The notes under the pieces were generated by a model. That model was not told where the DNA came from. It saw only the letters and a list, made by a program, of their open reading frames with translations, and did not search any database. Shown in pieces: positions 1 to 13,983 of a DNA stretch of 64,000 nucleotides. Both the position numbers and the translations under genes were made by a program. Origin of the DNA: Callorhinchus milii (taxonomy: Eukaryota); NCBI RefSeq assembly GCF_018977255.1, contig NW_024704742.1, positions 24,802,001 to 24,866,000 on the forward strand, read 5' to 3'. The first letter of the stretch is position 1; every line of letters begins with the position of its first letter.

Positions 1-255
1 ATTCCATCAACACTCAGTGGCCCTTTTTCTTACTACCCTATGAAGAATTAACATCAAAAGTAAGAAATCTACTGTGTGAAGCTAAATTCTTACAAATTGG
101 CGTGATGTACATTGAGTTCTTTGCAAGAGACACAGTTTAGGAGCCCAAGAACTTTGAGGTGCAAATTATGTTGACGTTTTCTCACCAAGTGCTTTTCAAC
201 CCCATGATCTGGATTAATTGTCTGCTAAACACTAGTTGTGTTATGCAAAACTCAC

Positions 256-492
256 CTGATTCACTTGTAGTTTGTACTATACCAACTGAACTATGTATTG
301 GGATATCTTCCGCAACAACAAAGAAATAATGAGAACTCTTAAACTTTGTGGGAGGAAGAACGCTCTCGAGAATGTACACAGTCACAGTTGCATTGATTGG
401 TGAGATCAGGCCCCCACCATCTTGGGCAGAAACCATCAACAGCAAACTGGAAACTTGCACATGACAGAGGTCTGAAGTTAAATATACTGCAC
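256..492 (-). CDS. DCHS2: DCHS2 exon 4 (237 nt); gene continues left of the window
   Basis: (G)AVYLTSDLCHVQVSSLLLMVSAQDGGGLISPINATVTV...VAEDIPIHSSVGIVQTTSES; acceptor ttttag, donor gtgag, phase 1/1. Confidence 0.9.
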
Positions 493-1219
493 CTAAAAAA
501 CAAAAATAGATATAACCTAAAAAGTACTGCTTACATTTTTATCAAATAAGGTTTAAATGGACTGTTAAACAGACATTTTATTGAATCAACAAAAGTTCAA
601 GAATAGAACTTAAATGTTCTCCTGAAGTTAACACAAGAGTAATTCAACCCAAGTGTACAGCTAACTCAGCAAATACCAAAATTTAAACCTTCCAGTTTGA
701 ATGACAGTGCCTTTATTTACTAGATCATTTGGATCCAAATTCAAAGTGTACCATAATGTAGGATTTGACAGGACTTAGACCAGACACTATGCAGACAGTA
801 AAAGATCCTCTGTCAATTGTCTAAAGTACTAATCTGAAACAGATTACCTCAGAGAAAGTAGGTCAGTGCTGCATTTATAGATTTAAGACAAAGTAGTCTT
901 GTACAGACTGTATATGATTAACCTTTTGGCATCAAATTCAGACCAACACTGACAAGGCTTTATTTACTTTACACAAATTACAATAGGAAATAAAGCAAAG
1001 CTTTATTTTCTAAAGATTTTTCTTTCATGAAAGTGCCTGGGTGGGCTGTGTTGGTTAAGTGGAGCATGAGAGTCTAGAGCTTTCGTTTAGAAGCAATTTT
1101 GAATTCAGGTTGAAATACTCAAGGTGACTCACCTATATTTTATTGGTTAAAAAGCACTAAGCCATACAGATCAAGTCATGGTTCTATAAATAACAGGAAC
1201 AAATAAACTGTTGTTATAC

Positions 1220-1451
1220 CTGCAGAAGGATCTACAAAGAAGAAAGAAGAGAAATTTCCAGGTACAAGTTCATATGACACTTGTCCATTTATACCAGAAT
1301 CTCTGTCATAAGCGATCACATTTATAATCTCTGTTCCAGGCGGTGTGTGTTTGCTGATACTGGTTATGTATGTCAATGGATTGAATACAGGCTTGTTATC
1401 GTTGATATCTTGTACCTCTATGTGGATAAAAGCTTGAGCACTCAACCCACC
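1220..1451 (-). CDS. DCHS2: DCHS2 exon 3 (232 nt)
   Basis: GGLSAQAFIHIEVQDINDNKPVFNP...DRDSGINGQVSYELVPGNFSSFFFVDPSA(G); AG/GT boundaries, phase 0/1. Confidence 0.92.
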
Positions 1452-3264
1452 CTGTAGAAAAACAGGGAGAATAACAATACTATTAGTGCAGTGATACAAA
1501 CAGCAACAGTAAACAAACAACTTGCCAGCACAGAACATAGTTTAGTTTCAATATAATTGTACAGCTCGGACTTAATAATAATAATAATTGTTGCATTTGA
1601 TGTAGCACTTTTCAAAACCTCTAAACGTCTCAAAGAGCTTCACAGGATATACTGTAAAGTGAATTGACTATATTTGTGGGCGAAATGCAGCAGCCAATTG
1701 CGCACAGTAGTGTCCCACAAACAGTCGTGGATTGAAATGACTTATTTTATTATTGTTTTATTTTATTGAGGGATTACTATCAGCCGTGTGGACTTCTCTA
1801 CTTGTTAGGACTCTGACTTGCAGGGTTCAAGTGCCACTGATTAGACAGACAATCTTGGTCAACCATCAACAGTGCTTTTGATTAGATCACAAGATGATTT
1901 AGATGAAGAAGGCCCTTCAGTCCATCCAATCTCTTCCCTCCAGAAAACCCGCCCTACCATCCCCCATCATGTCAAGCTGCTTTTTAAGTGAATCCAGTGT
2001 TCTAACCTTTCTTGGCAACTCGTTCTGTTGAATACTCCTTTACATGTAAATTCAGAATTAACAAAAAGGGCCAATAAGAAGGAAGTCGGGAAGTACAAAA
2101 GGACACTGGGAGTGGGACAAAGTTTGTAGTTTACAGTGTTAGATTGACAAATAAAGACGCTACTAACACAACCTTGATTTGGATCAAGATATATTAAACA
2201 TTCCAGTCTTGATTACGATCTAAGTATTGTAAATCTGAGTGGATTCCATGTGTCTCTCCAGAAATAGTTCAACCCCAAGAAATCCTGTCTTATTTCTCAT
2301 CCAAGGAAGATAGCTTTTGGACATAGTATAAGGTGAAGGGGTGACTGGACCCACTGGAATTCAAATCCACAACCTCTAGTCTCAAATCTAACTAGCTACC
2401 TGGGATGTTGCCCAGAATCATACATAGAAACAGCACTCAAGCCTGTTCCACCATTTTATAAGATCATGGATGATCTGTACCTCAAGTCCAGTTACGCGCC
2501 CTTGCCCCATATCCCTTAATACCCGGACCTAACAAATAACACACTACCTATCAATTTCAAAATGGATAGCAATGCAATATAAGCTGTTTTAGTAACTGAA
2601 GCCACCGTGATACATTACAGCTTTAAATCAAGCTTATTCTTTGGAATATAATTCTTTATCTGAATTATTTGCAACATTAACATTATTATACTTATAGTGC
2701 ATCTAATTTCCACCAATTTTCTTATTAAAATTAATTAATTTAGCCATACAAGGACTCAAATGCAAAGATAAAACTCTGTACACAAGCCTCTGACTACTAA
2801 TTAATATTTAATGATAGAACAAAGTTGATAGGATCGTCAGCTTCTGTTCTGACTATTAGCAATTTGAAGGCAGTATAGTAGGTCATTTCATATATTTTTT
2901 AAATTTTAAAAATTTAGTTTGTTGTTGAGTTAGCTGCACCAGAGCATATAAATGTTAGTGTAATTTGTGTTGTAGAAAGTGTTGCTGACTTCATTAAGGC
3001 TGTGAAATTATGTCAGCAACACTTTCTGCACATAACACTCAGTGCACATGAAGTGACGCAAGCGGAAGTTGGTCATTTTTCACGCTTTGTTATAACTCAG
3101 CCTCTGAGATATTGGACCTAGGTGAACGTGTTATAACAGGGTTGCTCTGCATTACTGTAAGAGTAGGATTAATAACAGATTTAAAATATTTGTTGCACAT
3201 CACCAACATTTTTCCTCAGAAAAGGAGCATTCAATAGTGTTAATGAGCATTAGGTTTAACTTAC

Positions 3265-3456
3265 CCCATCCTCAGCTTTTACCAAAAGATCATAGTTTGG
3301 TGGTCCGTTGTCTCGATCAAAAATTTGTGTTGTACAGACTTGACCGGTAATGGTGTCAATGCTGAAGAGGTGTGACTCTTCATAGTTGTTAAACCCTTCA
3401 TAAAGGGAATATTGGATGCTACCAAAATGGCCGCTATCTGCATCTCTTGCTGTAAC
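3265..3456 (-). CDS. DCHS2: DCHS2 exon 2 (192 nt)
   Basis: ag|VTARDADSGHFGSIQYSLYEGFNNYEESHLFSIDTITGQVCTTQIFDRDNGPPNYDLLVKAEDG|gtaag; phase 0/0, continues EC6. Confidence 0.92.
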
Positions 3457-5641
3457 CTATGTGTTTTCAAAAAAAATCTATAGTAACAATTTTTATATAA
3501 CAATCCACAGCTTGTATTTTACACACAGAAGATAGTCAGTTTGGATAAATAACTTAGTTATATGCATGTACATCATTCAAATAAGACTTTCAAGATATCC
3601 TTGCTACGTCTGTCCCATTTAGATCAATGCCATTAGCAGGTATGCCTAAATGTTACTAAAATAAATATTCTGGGCTCATTTTTGCATCAAGCTCAAAAGT
3701 GGATTCAGTACAGAAACCCTAGATTTGTCCTACTTGGGAATTAGGTAGTTTGCTGTACACATGATCAGCAGATTTAAAACTCTTTCATACTAAATCTACA
3801 GATTCTAATTACCTATGCATGTTCAGCAGATGTACAATCAGTTTAAATATAAACTCTGATTACCTTACCTCCAGTTCACGGCAGTAACAATAACCATCCA
3901 TTGACAACAGAAACTAAATGGACTATAAAAGCAGGAAATTCACATTATGTTAGCATAAACAGAATTGCAAATCAAATTATAGTCTGCAAGGAAAAGCTAC
4001 ACAACCAGTAAATTAATACATAACACAGATCAGAATCTGAACTGAGTAATCAAATGTAATTCCAATCATTCAAATCCAAAAGAAATGATGCAAAAAGTTA
4101 GAATTATGGAACCAATCTCCTCAGAAAACCATAGATATGGAGTCAAATGAAGCATTTAAGAGAGAGATGGATACTTCTTAAATAGGATATTAAGCGGCAT
4201 GGAGAAAAGGTAGAGAAATTGAATTAAAGGTATTTGATAGGCGGTCCATCTTGACATGCTGAATGGCCCACTCTTATAACAATATCTCTATGGCAGCTAC
4301 AACCAAGATTTTTCACTTGTTAATAAATTTGGCACCTATAAAAAAATTCCATTTATAGTGCACACTGGGCATATTAGCACATTTAGCAAGAAGCATAATA
4401 TATCTCCTTAAGTTATTAGTAATAATAATAACATAATAATTCTTACATTTGAGATAGCACCTTTCATTTTAGGAGGACATTTCAAAGCACTTCACAGGAT
4501 ATACTGCAAAAACTGTCTTTTGTGGACAAAAGTGGCAGCAAGTTTGCACATATCAACATCCCACAAACAACCATGAAGCCAACCTTCATTAGGAGGTAAC
4601 AATATCACCGTACTGAGCATTACTACATAAAAGTGCACTATGAGAGGAAACAATACATTTTCTGCAGGTACTTGGATTATTTTCAATATATCCTGATGGA
4701 GAGGCATGCTGCATAGGAACAATCTGAAAAGTTCATTTACAAAACAATCATAAAGTTACAGGATATGGGGAAAAGGCAGGAATTTTAGACTAGGGATAGG
4801 AACCAGGATGGGCCAAATATCCTGTTTCTGAGCTGTACCTTCTATGAATCTAGAGTTTAGGTCACTTGTTGAGAAATTACAATTTGTGGATTAGGAGAAA
4901 ATGTTAATTCAGAATTCTATACCCAGTTTACAGGATTAGTTCCAGTAAAATTTAAAGCTAATGGCCCACTGACAGAAAGGTTATTGTGAGAGAGGAAGAT
5001 GGGCACGGAAAACATTGATCCAGAATTTTAAAATACTGAGAGGAAAAGTGAATACAGGATATAGGATCAAAATGAATAACCCTCAAACAACAAGTAGTGG
5101 ACTTATGGAGTGAATTCCTAGAAATCTGTGGAATAACTCATAGAAAAGCAGTTACTATGTTAATAAAAATATTTTTAAAAAGCACCAGATGAATGTCTAG
5201 TTAGGGATAGAATTTAACTTAAGGGATAAATTCAGACTAAGATGATTCCTAAATTGTTGGGGTTAAGGTATAGTGAGGGTAGTTTTCTGGCAGGTTGCCC
5301 GAGTTGATTTATGGAGATGTGGGAATAGACAGACTTTTCATGATGACCTTTGTTGTACAGCTATATTTCCTACATTAAGAATTAAGGTTCAGTATACAGA
5401 GTTGTCTTTCTGTTTTCTATGGGACAAGCACATCAAGATTAAATTAAACAAAGTTCAATGTAACAAACAATATATCTGAGTGCACTTGTGTGAGAGCTCT
5501 TGCAATCTTCCCGCCACAACACATTACTCACTCGTATTCCTGACCGGATCAAACATGAAAACACTGCTCCAATAATGCCTATTTAATGACAACATTAGTG
5601 AGATAATTTGAACATACAGGTTAAATACTACACTTATAGAC

Positions 5642-5729
5642 CAGGGGTAGCCTACTTGAGGCCCACAGGTTGCACAAAGATGCAATACGCATGGTAAAAG
5701 TCACGTGTACCGCAAGTCGGCCAGCCCTG
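5642..5729. mobile_element. hAT (Charlie-like) MITE, 88 bp
   Basis: TIRs CAGGGGTAGCCTACTTG / CAGGGCTGGCCGACTTG (14 of 17 match); 8-bp TSD ttatagac / ctatagac. Confidence 0.7.
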
Positions 5730-6049
5730 CTATAGACAATGCATACTAGCAACTAGTTAAAACGTAAAATTAGACAACAATTTATTCATTACCAATCCAG
5801 CCACCTTTGATGTACATCAAGTAGATTATCATAATAAATGCAACCCAGATGGCTTTACTTTACGTAATTATTTAATTCAATTTAAACCAAGGGATTAGCA
5901 TGAATTTCATCAGTTAGTCTCTTTAGCTGTAAATTGAATACATATTTGGATTTACGCTGCTTAGTGGAATCCTGCTTAATGGATTCAAAGATCATTGTAA
6001 ATGAATCCAGCACAAACTAGTTACATCCTGCTGCTGAGTCTGTCCAGTC

Positions 6050-6052
<3 letters not shown>

Positions 6053-6080
<28 letters not shown>

Positions 6081-6385
6081 CCTTGCATTTGATATAGCGC
6101 TTTTCACGTCGGGAGGACGTCCCAAAGCGCTTTACAGAACACACTGTAAAGTGAATTGACTGTATATTTGTGGGCGAACGCGGCAGCCAATTGCGCACAG
6201 CAATGTCCCACAAACAGTCGTGGATTGAAGTGACCAATTTATTATTGTTTTTGGTTTTGGAGGGATTATTATTAGGCTCTGTGTGGAGTAAGGAAACTTG
6301 CCCAAGGTTTCGCCCTGTGCCTGGAATTGAACTCAGGTCTCTCGCTTGCAAAGCGAGTGCTCTAACCACTGAGCTACAGGACTCC
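6053..6385 (-). mobile_element. Full-length tRNA-derived SINE (young subfamily)
   Basis: Head ggagtcctgtagctcagtggttagagcactcgctttgcaagcgagagacctgagttcaattcc with A and B boxes; (TTA)n tail. Confidence 0.9.
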
Positions 6386-9300
6386 ACATTGTAATTTACA
6401 GGGAGATTCTTGCTTGCAAGCAATGCCAATAAACGGTATGGCAGTGGTAAGAATTAGAATCACCATTGCCTTTTGGTGAAATAATGTATCTTAAAAATGT
6501 TACAAGCTCAAAAATATTTTTCTATTTGAATAGACTTAAAGAATTCTAATTATACGCACACAAATAAGGGACAGGTGTAGGAACTAATGCTGAAAAGTAA
6601 TGGCATCCATGCTTTTTTTCTGGCCTGTATGTTTAATATAATCTACAGGAGAAACACACTCAAGCTAAAAAAAAAGTTTACATGTAATAATTTTAATTAG
6701 TTAGTTGATTGGACCGGGTAGTATGCAAAAAGCCAATTGTAAAATGTCATTTTGTAAGTAATTTAGTAAACTAGATAGTATAAAGCAATTTCCTGCCCAA
6801 CATTGCCTAATTACAAATGGTATTTTATATGTTAAATATTTGTGTTATTTACTCTATATATTTTCTGTCACAGTAAATATTATCCAAAATGTATCTATTT
6901 TAACATTTTTATATATAGCAGTAAGATCCAAGAGAATTAATCTGAAAGGGAACTAAATCCGAATAACGACGTTGCTATTACATTATTTACAATTCAAGTC
7001 ATTAACATGCAACAAATTTTACTGAATTATTCTATGCTCAATTATTTTCTACTTGGAGCTATGAATGCAGGCCCACAACTTGCTCTAGCCACACATTAAT
7101 GTCAAGGTAGAAATTTGTTATCATTTATTTCTTCTATTTTTCTGCTTGATGGCAAGCTACCAGTTTGAACTAATTGCAGACACGGCAAAAATGTCGTAAT
7201 GAACAATAGCGATGGGTATGTTTTAGTCCTTGAGCTTTGAGCACAAATATGTTGTTTGTTGTGTTTTTTCTTTTTTAGAATACAACTTACATTTATATAG
7301 TACCCTTCATTTTGGATATAGTATACTTCACACTCTGAAGTGAGTCAGAGAGACTATGGGATTTTAACTGGTTAAGATTACTCCAATAAATATTCTCGGG
7401 TCCTCAAGTATTTGTTCTGAGCAACCTGTACCTAAATTCTCCAGAATTAGGCAAATAGAGTGCGTCCTTCTGTGACAGAGTGCACAATCTATGCCAGACG
7501 AATCAAAATGATTTATGACTGTGAAATTCTCAGTAGTTATGTGATTAAGGTTCAAGGAATTAATGGCTAATTGGATTGAAACCTGGTTTAACTATAGTAA
7601 GTAGGTGGTGATGGTAGAAAACATGTCAGGGTGAGGCCGTGCCTCATGAAATTCTGCAGGGATCTGTTCTGGAAGTCTGCTGTTCACATTATTCATATAT
7701 GATTGAAAGAAGAATATTTCTTGTGATCCTATAAAATTTGCTGATGATGCAAACATATCAGCTGACAAGGTTTACGAGCATTTGCTCATAGTGCAGCGGC
7801 AGTTTACAAATTTATAATTTTGTATGCTAAACCAAGGTTTCACCTGCTATTTCACGTGGTCATTAAAGATCCTATAGCACTATTCAAAAAGAGAAAGAAG
7901 TTTTCTCATGAACACCCCGGATAAAATAGGTCATTTAATTTGTGTCTGTTTGTGGGAAACTGCTGCATTTAAATTGGCTGCTGCTTACACCTACAAAATA
8001 ATTCCACCTGGGTTCGATTCCCGGGCAGGGCGAAATGTTGGCCAAGTTTCCATACTCCACATGCATCTGTTTATCTAGCAGTAAGTAGGAACCCGGATGT
8101 TAGTCGATTGGTGGATCACTTTTGTGGGATAATAATCCCCTCAAAACAAATGGTCACTCAATCAAATGTAAAAGAGTGCCTGTATCAAGTGCAATTATTA
8201 TTTACCTTACAAGAGTTATGAGGAAACACTTTCTTTATATCATTAGATGTTCTTTCTTTATTTTTAATTTGACCAAAGTTGTAACCTGATCAAAGTTGCT
8301 AAATATTCACTCTGCAACAAAGTCACAATTGGAGATATAATGGTACAATGGCTACTGAATGCAATGACTCATGTTTCCAAGTGTCATTCGTATTGTCATG
8401 AAAATAACCCAAGTATTTCTCCATTGTTTCACTGAACATCATCTCTGTGAATGCCTCCTGGTACTACCAGGCAGCGAATTCAAGCTGTGAAAGTAGGGGA
8501 GGGGGAAACTGCACTAAAATGCTATCTACCATATTATATAAAACACGTAATCAACAAAACAAACGGATCAATACCACTGGTCAAAAGTCCAGTTAACACT
8601 GACTGCTTTTGTTCGGCTATAATATATGCACCATTGTTTTTCAGCTGAGTACAGCTGTCACGGTGCAGATGTCAAGAAAATAATCTTGGTTTATTTGCTT
8701 GTGACTTTTTCAAATTTGACTCATCCTTATTTTTAAACAAAATCTTAAAGCAGTATATCTGAATGAAAAACACCTTTGAATCCAGTCTCCTGCAGTGGAT
8801 TAGCTTTGCTCCTAGATGCTACCAGGGCTCTATATAAATATAATGGCGCTATACAAATGCATATAAAAGCTATGCAAATGTTGCTGTTAACCTCTATAAC
8901 ACATAGAGTACTCTATAACAGATGTACGGGAAAGTGTTACAAGTTGTAAGCACAAACTTTGGGTTCTGAAGACATTATTTGCTTAACAACAGTTGTGATA
9001 CAAATCGCCACTCAATACAGTAGATAATATTTGGATTCTGAACTTTCTTTTGTAGGCGTGTACTTATTATTCCCATGAGTTGTTTTATTCCTCCTCCTGC
9101 TGGTGAACTTTCCTGTTCAAAGATGTATATTATGTTCATTTTTCAACACAACCAATTTCAGTTGTTGAGTTGATTGCTCGAACACGTCAATAAAAGGTCA
9201 ACGGAGAATGAGGATTATGGCAGTTTTACTGAAAACTACAATGTTTTTGTGGTAAAACAATTAATTGGATTAAATCTGTGCTTTGCTCTTTGGGATATCA

Positions 9301-10450
9301 ACAATTATTTTCCTGTCTCACTGTAGCTGAATTAATATATCACTCTTCTCTCAATACCCATTGGCAAAATTGCCTTCCATCGAGCTATTGGCCACTATAT
9401 TACAATTGAATATATATTTTAAAGGAATGTTTCAGAAATATATCCTTTAAACAGGCGATGTGCTGCAATGTATCACATCTCTTCCATTTTAATAAAACAA
9501 ATTAACTATCTACTAGAAACTTTGATCTTTTACCTCTTGTATTCTGTAAGATTGGCACTTAGCAACAAAGTGTCCTAATTTAAGAATCACTATGTATGTC
9601 ACCCACCAAGTTTTGAAAAGCTTTCTGGTCTTAGAAATTCACTTGTTTGTGTCCATGTAATAATATAGGACTCTCTTAAAATTTGCATTTTAAAATCAAC
9701 GTCTGAACTCCTACTTTTAATGAAGTGAATAAAATCGAAAAATAATGATTTCCTGCTGTAAATGGATAATTGAAACCACCTTCGGAAGGTATCTGTAATA
9801 TCAACTTTGATGGTGTTTCAGTTACAGGATCACTGAAAATTCTCCAAGATAGTTGAAATCTTGCATAATAACAGATAATAATGTTTGAATGAACACTAAG
9901 TGACAAACTTATTCCATTTAATATTTTCTGTGTTATTTGTGAAAGAAATTAATTGAAACAATTATCAATATCTTCAATACAGAAAGTAATGAATTTGGGC
10001 TGAAGGCTACATTCTCTGTAAAGTCAGGCAATAAAGGAAAAACCTACTGGAACAGCATGGAAAATCCTGCCCTCCAGCTAAGGATAATAATTTCCCATTG
10101 GAGCTTTCTGAAGCCAAAATATTTGCAAACCCATGACAGAGAGATCTGTAAGAAATTAACGGAATCAGGAATAGCAATCTCCACCTTCCGCTTCTGTAAT
10201 AATCAAGGAATCAGAGGAAATGAAGGAAACATAAACAGGAACCCGTGATTCCAAAATAGATCACCAAACATTCAAGTTCATCCGTCTCTTCTTCAACAGC
10301 AGTACTGTACTTTGTAAATTATTTACTGTTCGTAAAAGGCAAATCCTTGCGACATGATCCACTTAGGTGGATCAAATAAAGTGCAATTTAAAATCTTAGT
10401 CATTTCATTATGTACCAATTGGAATTTTAGGCAATTTTATTACACCTATT

Positions 10451-10510
10451 TGACTATAAGAGCTTTAAGTTAGTATAGGTTGACTATAAGAGCTTTAAGT
10501 TAGTATAGGT
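10451..10510. repeat. Exact 30-bp tandem duplication
   Basis: tgactataagagctttaagttagtataggt twice. Confidence 0.95.
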
Positions 10511-13500
10511 ACACTAATGCTCTGGATAACCTTGTATAAGTGCCTTGGGATGTCCTCCCGATGTGAAAGGCACTATACCAATGTAATTTGTTGTTGTATA
10601 AAAACCAGTTGAGAGGGATGTCACCACCAGACTAGGTAGCGTTGTTCAGAAATCCTAAGAGCCAAGTAAACAGGAGAGATCATACTCTCAAATTTAATGA
10701 ATCAATCTAGCAGTAGGAGAACTTTGCAGAGATTTCTGAAATCAGACACTTAGAAATGCAAAGTCTTAGTTTGGAAGTTGTTGGACTACTATTCCTGCAG
10801 ATGTTCCTAATTCAAATGTAACAAATAATTCACCTCTATGTGCTTCAGATTCAACCACCTTAAATAATGTTACTGAGGTTTCATGTGAACAAGATGGTCT
10901 ATAGGTATCAAAGGTATTTTGGCACTTCTGGTGGTTGTAAGATATATGATTCTTTTGGTGCAGCCTCCAGGTAAAGTCCTGAACATAAGAATCCCAAATG
11001 GACACCTGTTAGAAACCATGCCTTTGACAATGACAAAGTAGTACACCATACGAGCGGTTTTCAGCAGATTCTCAAGCTGTCTGTACAGCCCGTACTATCG
11101 TGGATATGTACATGTATGTGACAATGAAGCATGATAGGGACAGGAATGCTTTGGTTAGTAGACTACACTCCTAATCTAGGAATTCAACAACAACCCACTG
11201 CTTGTATAAGACAGTCTTCATCAATGGTAGAAAAGCCACCTTCAAGATGACTATTACAATGTGTTTTCATATTTCTATTGAACTTGGAAGAACAATCAAT
11301 GTAGAATTACTGTACAAGTAATTCAAAATTACTTTGTGAATTGAACAGACTTTTGCCACTCTGGCTGCAATTGGCAGTGTTGCCTTCGGACCTGCTATAT
11401 GTTCCCATCAATAATCATAAGATTAAGAAGGAGTAATGTCCTGGACATTTCACACGAATTACACCAAAAAAGTGAAAAATAGCTCCACCATTTTCAAAGT
11501 TAGGGAGGTTTTCAATTCTAGATACTGAATAAGTTTTCCAGAGTTAGGAAGGTTTCAGAGCAAGGTAGGAGTCGATCACTTAGCACAGCAAGCATTTTCC
11601 ACCATTTTATTTCATATATTTTCTTTTTGGAAGATTGTACTCTGATCCTTCAGAGGTTTAAGAGCTGACCACTAAAAGCTGGGACAACCGTTAACAACGT
11701 CAATAAGGTCAAATGAGTCAACTTGTTTTCAAGATCTATTTGATATCCAAGAAAAAATAATGACCATTTTCAATGGCATTCTTGGATAGGAACTGAAAAT
11801 CCAAGAGGCGTGAATGACCAATTTTATTTAGTGGATTGTTGCCCAGAAAACCGGGAGAAACACCCTTATTTTTCAAATACAATGGGACCTTTAATGTTCA
11901 CCTGAACTGGCAGACAGAGCTTAAATTTGCCTCATCTCCAACAATGCAGCATATCCCAGCACTGCTGTGGAGTGTCAGCCTCGACTACATGAATTCAAAG
12001 TAACTAATAACTGATTGCGCTGATGAATAAGGTTCTTATTTTAAGTTTTTTTGATGCTGCTCCTACATGAAAGGTGTCGTATAAAAGTGTTGTTCTTTAG
12101 AGACAGTGACACTGAATCCATTGCAATAAGTAGAATCCACTGCAGTACATATCAATCAATAGTCAATAGTTTAAAATTGAAAAGCTCAGAAGGAATTTAA
12201 GGTTAAATTTAACTTATTGTGTGTCGTAAGCTAACATTTATCTCTGCAATATACTGCACCTTTAGTCTTTTCTTTTATCAATATTCTTTTCCATCCAGCT
12301 CCTCACATTCCTGCACTCAAAATATCAATTCCTACAAGGAACAGCTAACTTATCTTTTTAATAACTTTTATTGCCATTCAGTCTCTGTTTTATCAAACTG
12401 GTGACAATAAAACAACTGCAATTGTTCCAAAAAACAGAATACCTGCAGACCTTAGCACTGATGGCCAGCATTCACAATGCTTTCTCACTGACAAGGTGGA
12501 ATGGTTTTCAGACTGAGAAGCAAGAGTTAGTAAAATTTTGCTGGCTATAGCAAATCTGAGCTCTAAGTTAAGTGTAGGAAATATTACTAGAACCAAAAAT
12601 TATCTAGCCCTTAGCGATGATATAGAAGAGGGTTTAAGAAAAACGTGCATGCATTATTAGTTGGCAAATATACTTAATACCTATAACCTTGCATGCCTGA
12701 AACATACTCAGGAAACATAAAATAAGTAATGAAAAAGCATTCATGTGTAGACATCATTTTTCATTATTTCTTTCCACAAACTTCAAAGTTCTTGTTTCTG
12801 TTTTCAAAGTTGCTATCAATCATTAAACAACTGATTGCAAATGTATTGTTCTTTACTTTTTCCCATATCAGTGATTCAAATTCTCCAATCAGCAAATAAG
12901 GTGTGTGATGATATTCAAATGGTTAAAGTATGCCCTAATTTGTGCACGTATTTTAAAAAATAAAATTACTTGGCTTCACTTACTTAAAATATTGTATTTA
13001 ACTACTATTGAATTTATAAAACTGAAATGACTATCAGATATGAGTTTATATAGCAATCAACAATTTTAGAAATTGAAGTTGAAACATTGATCAAAATGAA
13101 TTTGACAAAAAATTGATCCAGCTCTACACCTTAAACACAGTGATGATGTATATTAAAAATTCACCCAACAAATCTCATAACATATGCAGGTTATTGTCAA
13201 ACCGTACTAATAAGTAAGCTATTGTAAATAATACTATACTATTTTGCCTACAGAGGACAGTTACTGTAGAGTGTTTCTGTGAAGCACTTTGATGAGTTCT
13301 CCTGATGTGAAAGGCACAATATCAAATGTCACAATTATTATAATACTAAAATAGTAAAAGAAATGCTGGAAATATTAAGTCAATCATAATATGTACATTG
13401 CGTCTAACTAATTATGACATTAAAAGCTGAGATCATATCAATAACTGAATGAGATTTAAGCCATTGAAAAAAATTGACTGGTAAAAGAAACACTTAATTC

Positions 13501-13662
13501 TTTAGAAGGAATATTTTTATAAGCACCATAGTTAGAATATATTCCCTCCCTGTCAGTTCTCCCCCTCCCCCACCCCCCACCCCTCACACGCCTGTCCTCT
13601 ACCCTCCATTACTCCCGCTCCGTCTTCCTCTCCTACTGCCCTCTCTGACTTCTATCCCTGCT

Positions 13663-13983
13663 TGAGTCCTGTAGCTCAGTGGTTAGAGCACTCGCTTTGC
13701 AAGTGAGAGACCTGAGTTCAATTCCAGGCAGGGCGAAACCTTGGGCAAGTTTCCTTACTCCACAGAGCCTAATAATAATCCCTCCAAAACCAAAAACAAT
13801 AATAAATTGGTCATTTTCAATCTACGACTGTTTGTGGGACATTGCTGTGCGCAATTGGCTGCCGCGTTCGCCCACAAATATACAGTCAATTCACTTTACA
13901 GTGTGTTCTGTGAAGCGCTTTGGGACGTCCTCCCGACGTGAAAAGCGCTATATCAAATGCAAGGATTATTATTATTATTATTT
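13663..13983 (+). mobile_element. Full-length tRNA-derived SINE (young subfamily)
   Basis: Nearly identical to the 6053-6385 and 50602-50840 copies. Confidence 0.9.

Noticed and set aside
6310..6385. tRNA-Ala(TGC)-like sequences here and at 13663, 31656, 53781 and 59222
   Set aside because: They are SINE heads continuous with the SINE body and tail, not tRNA genes.
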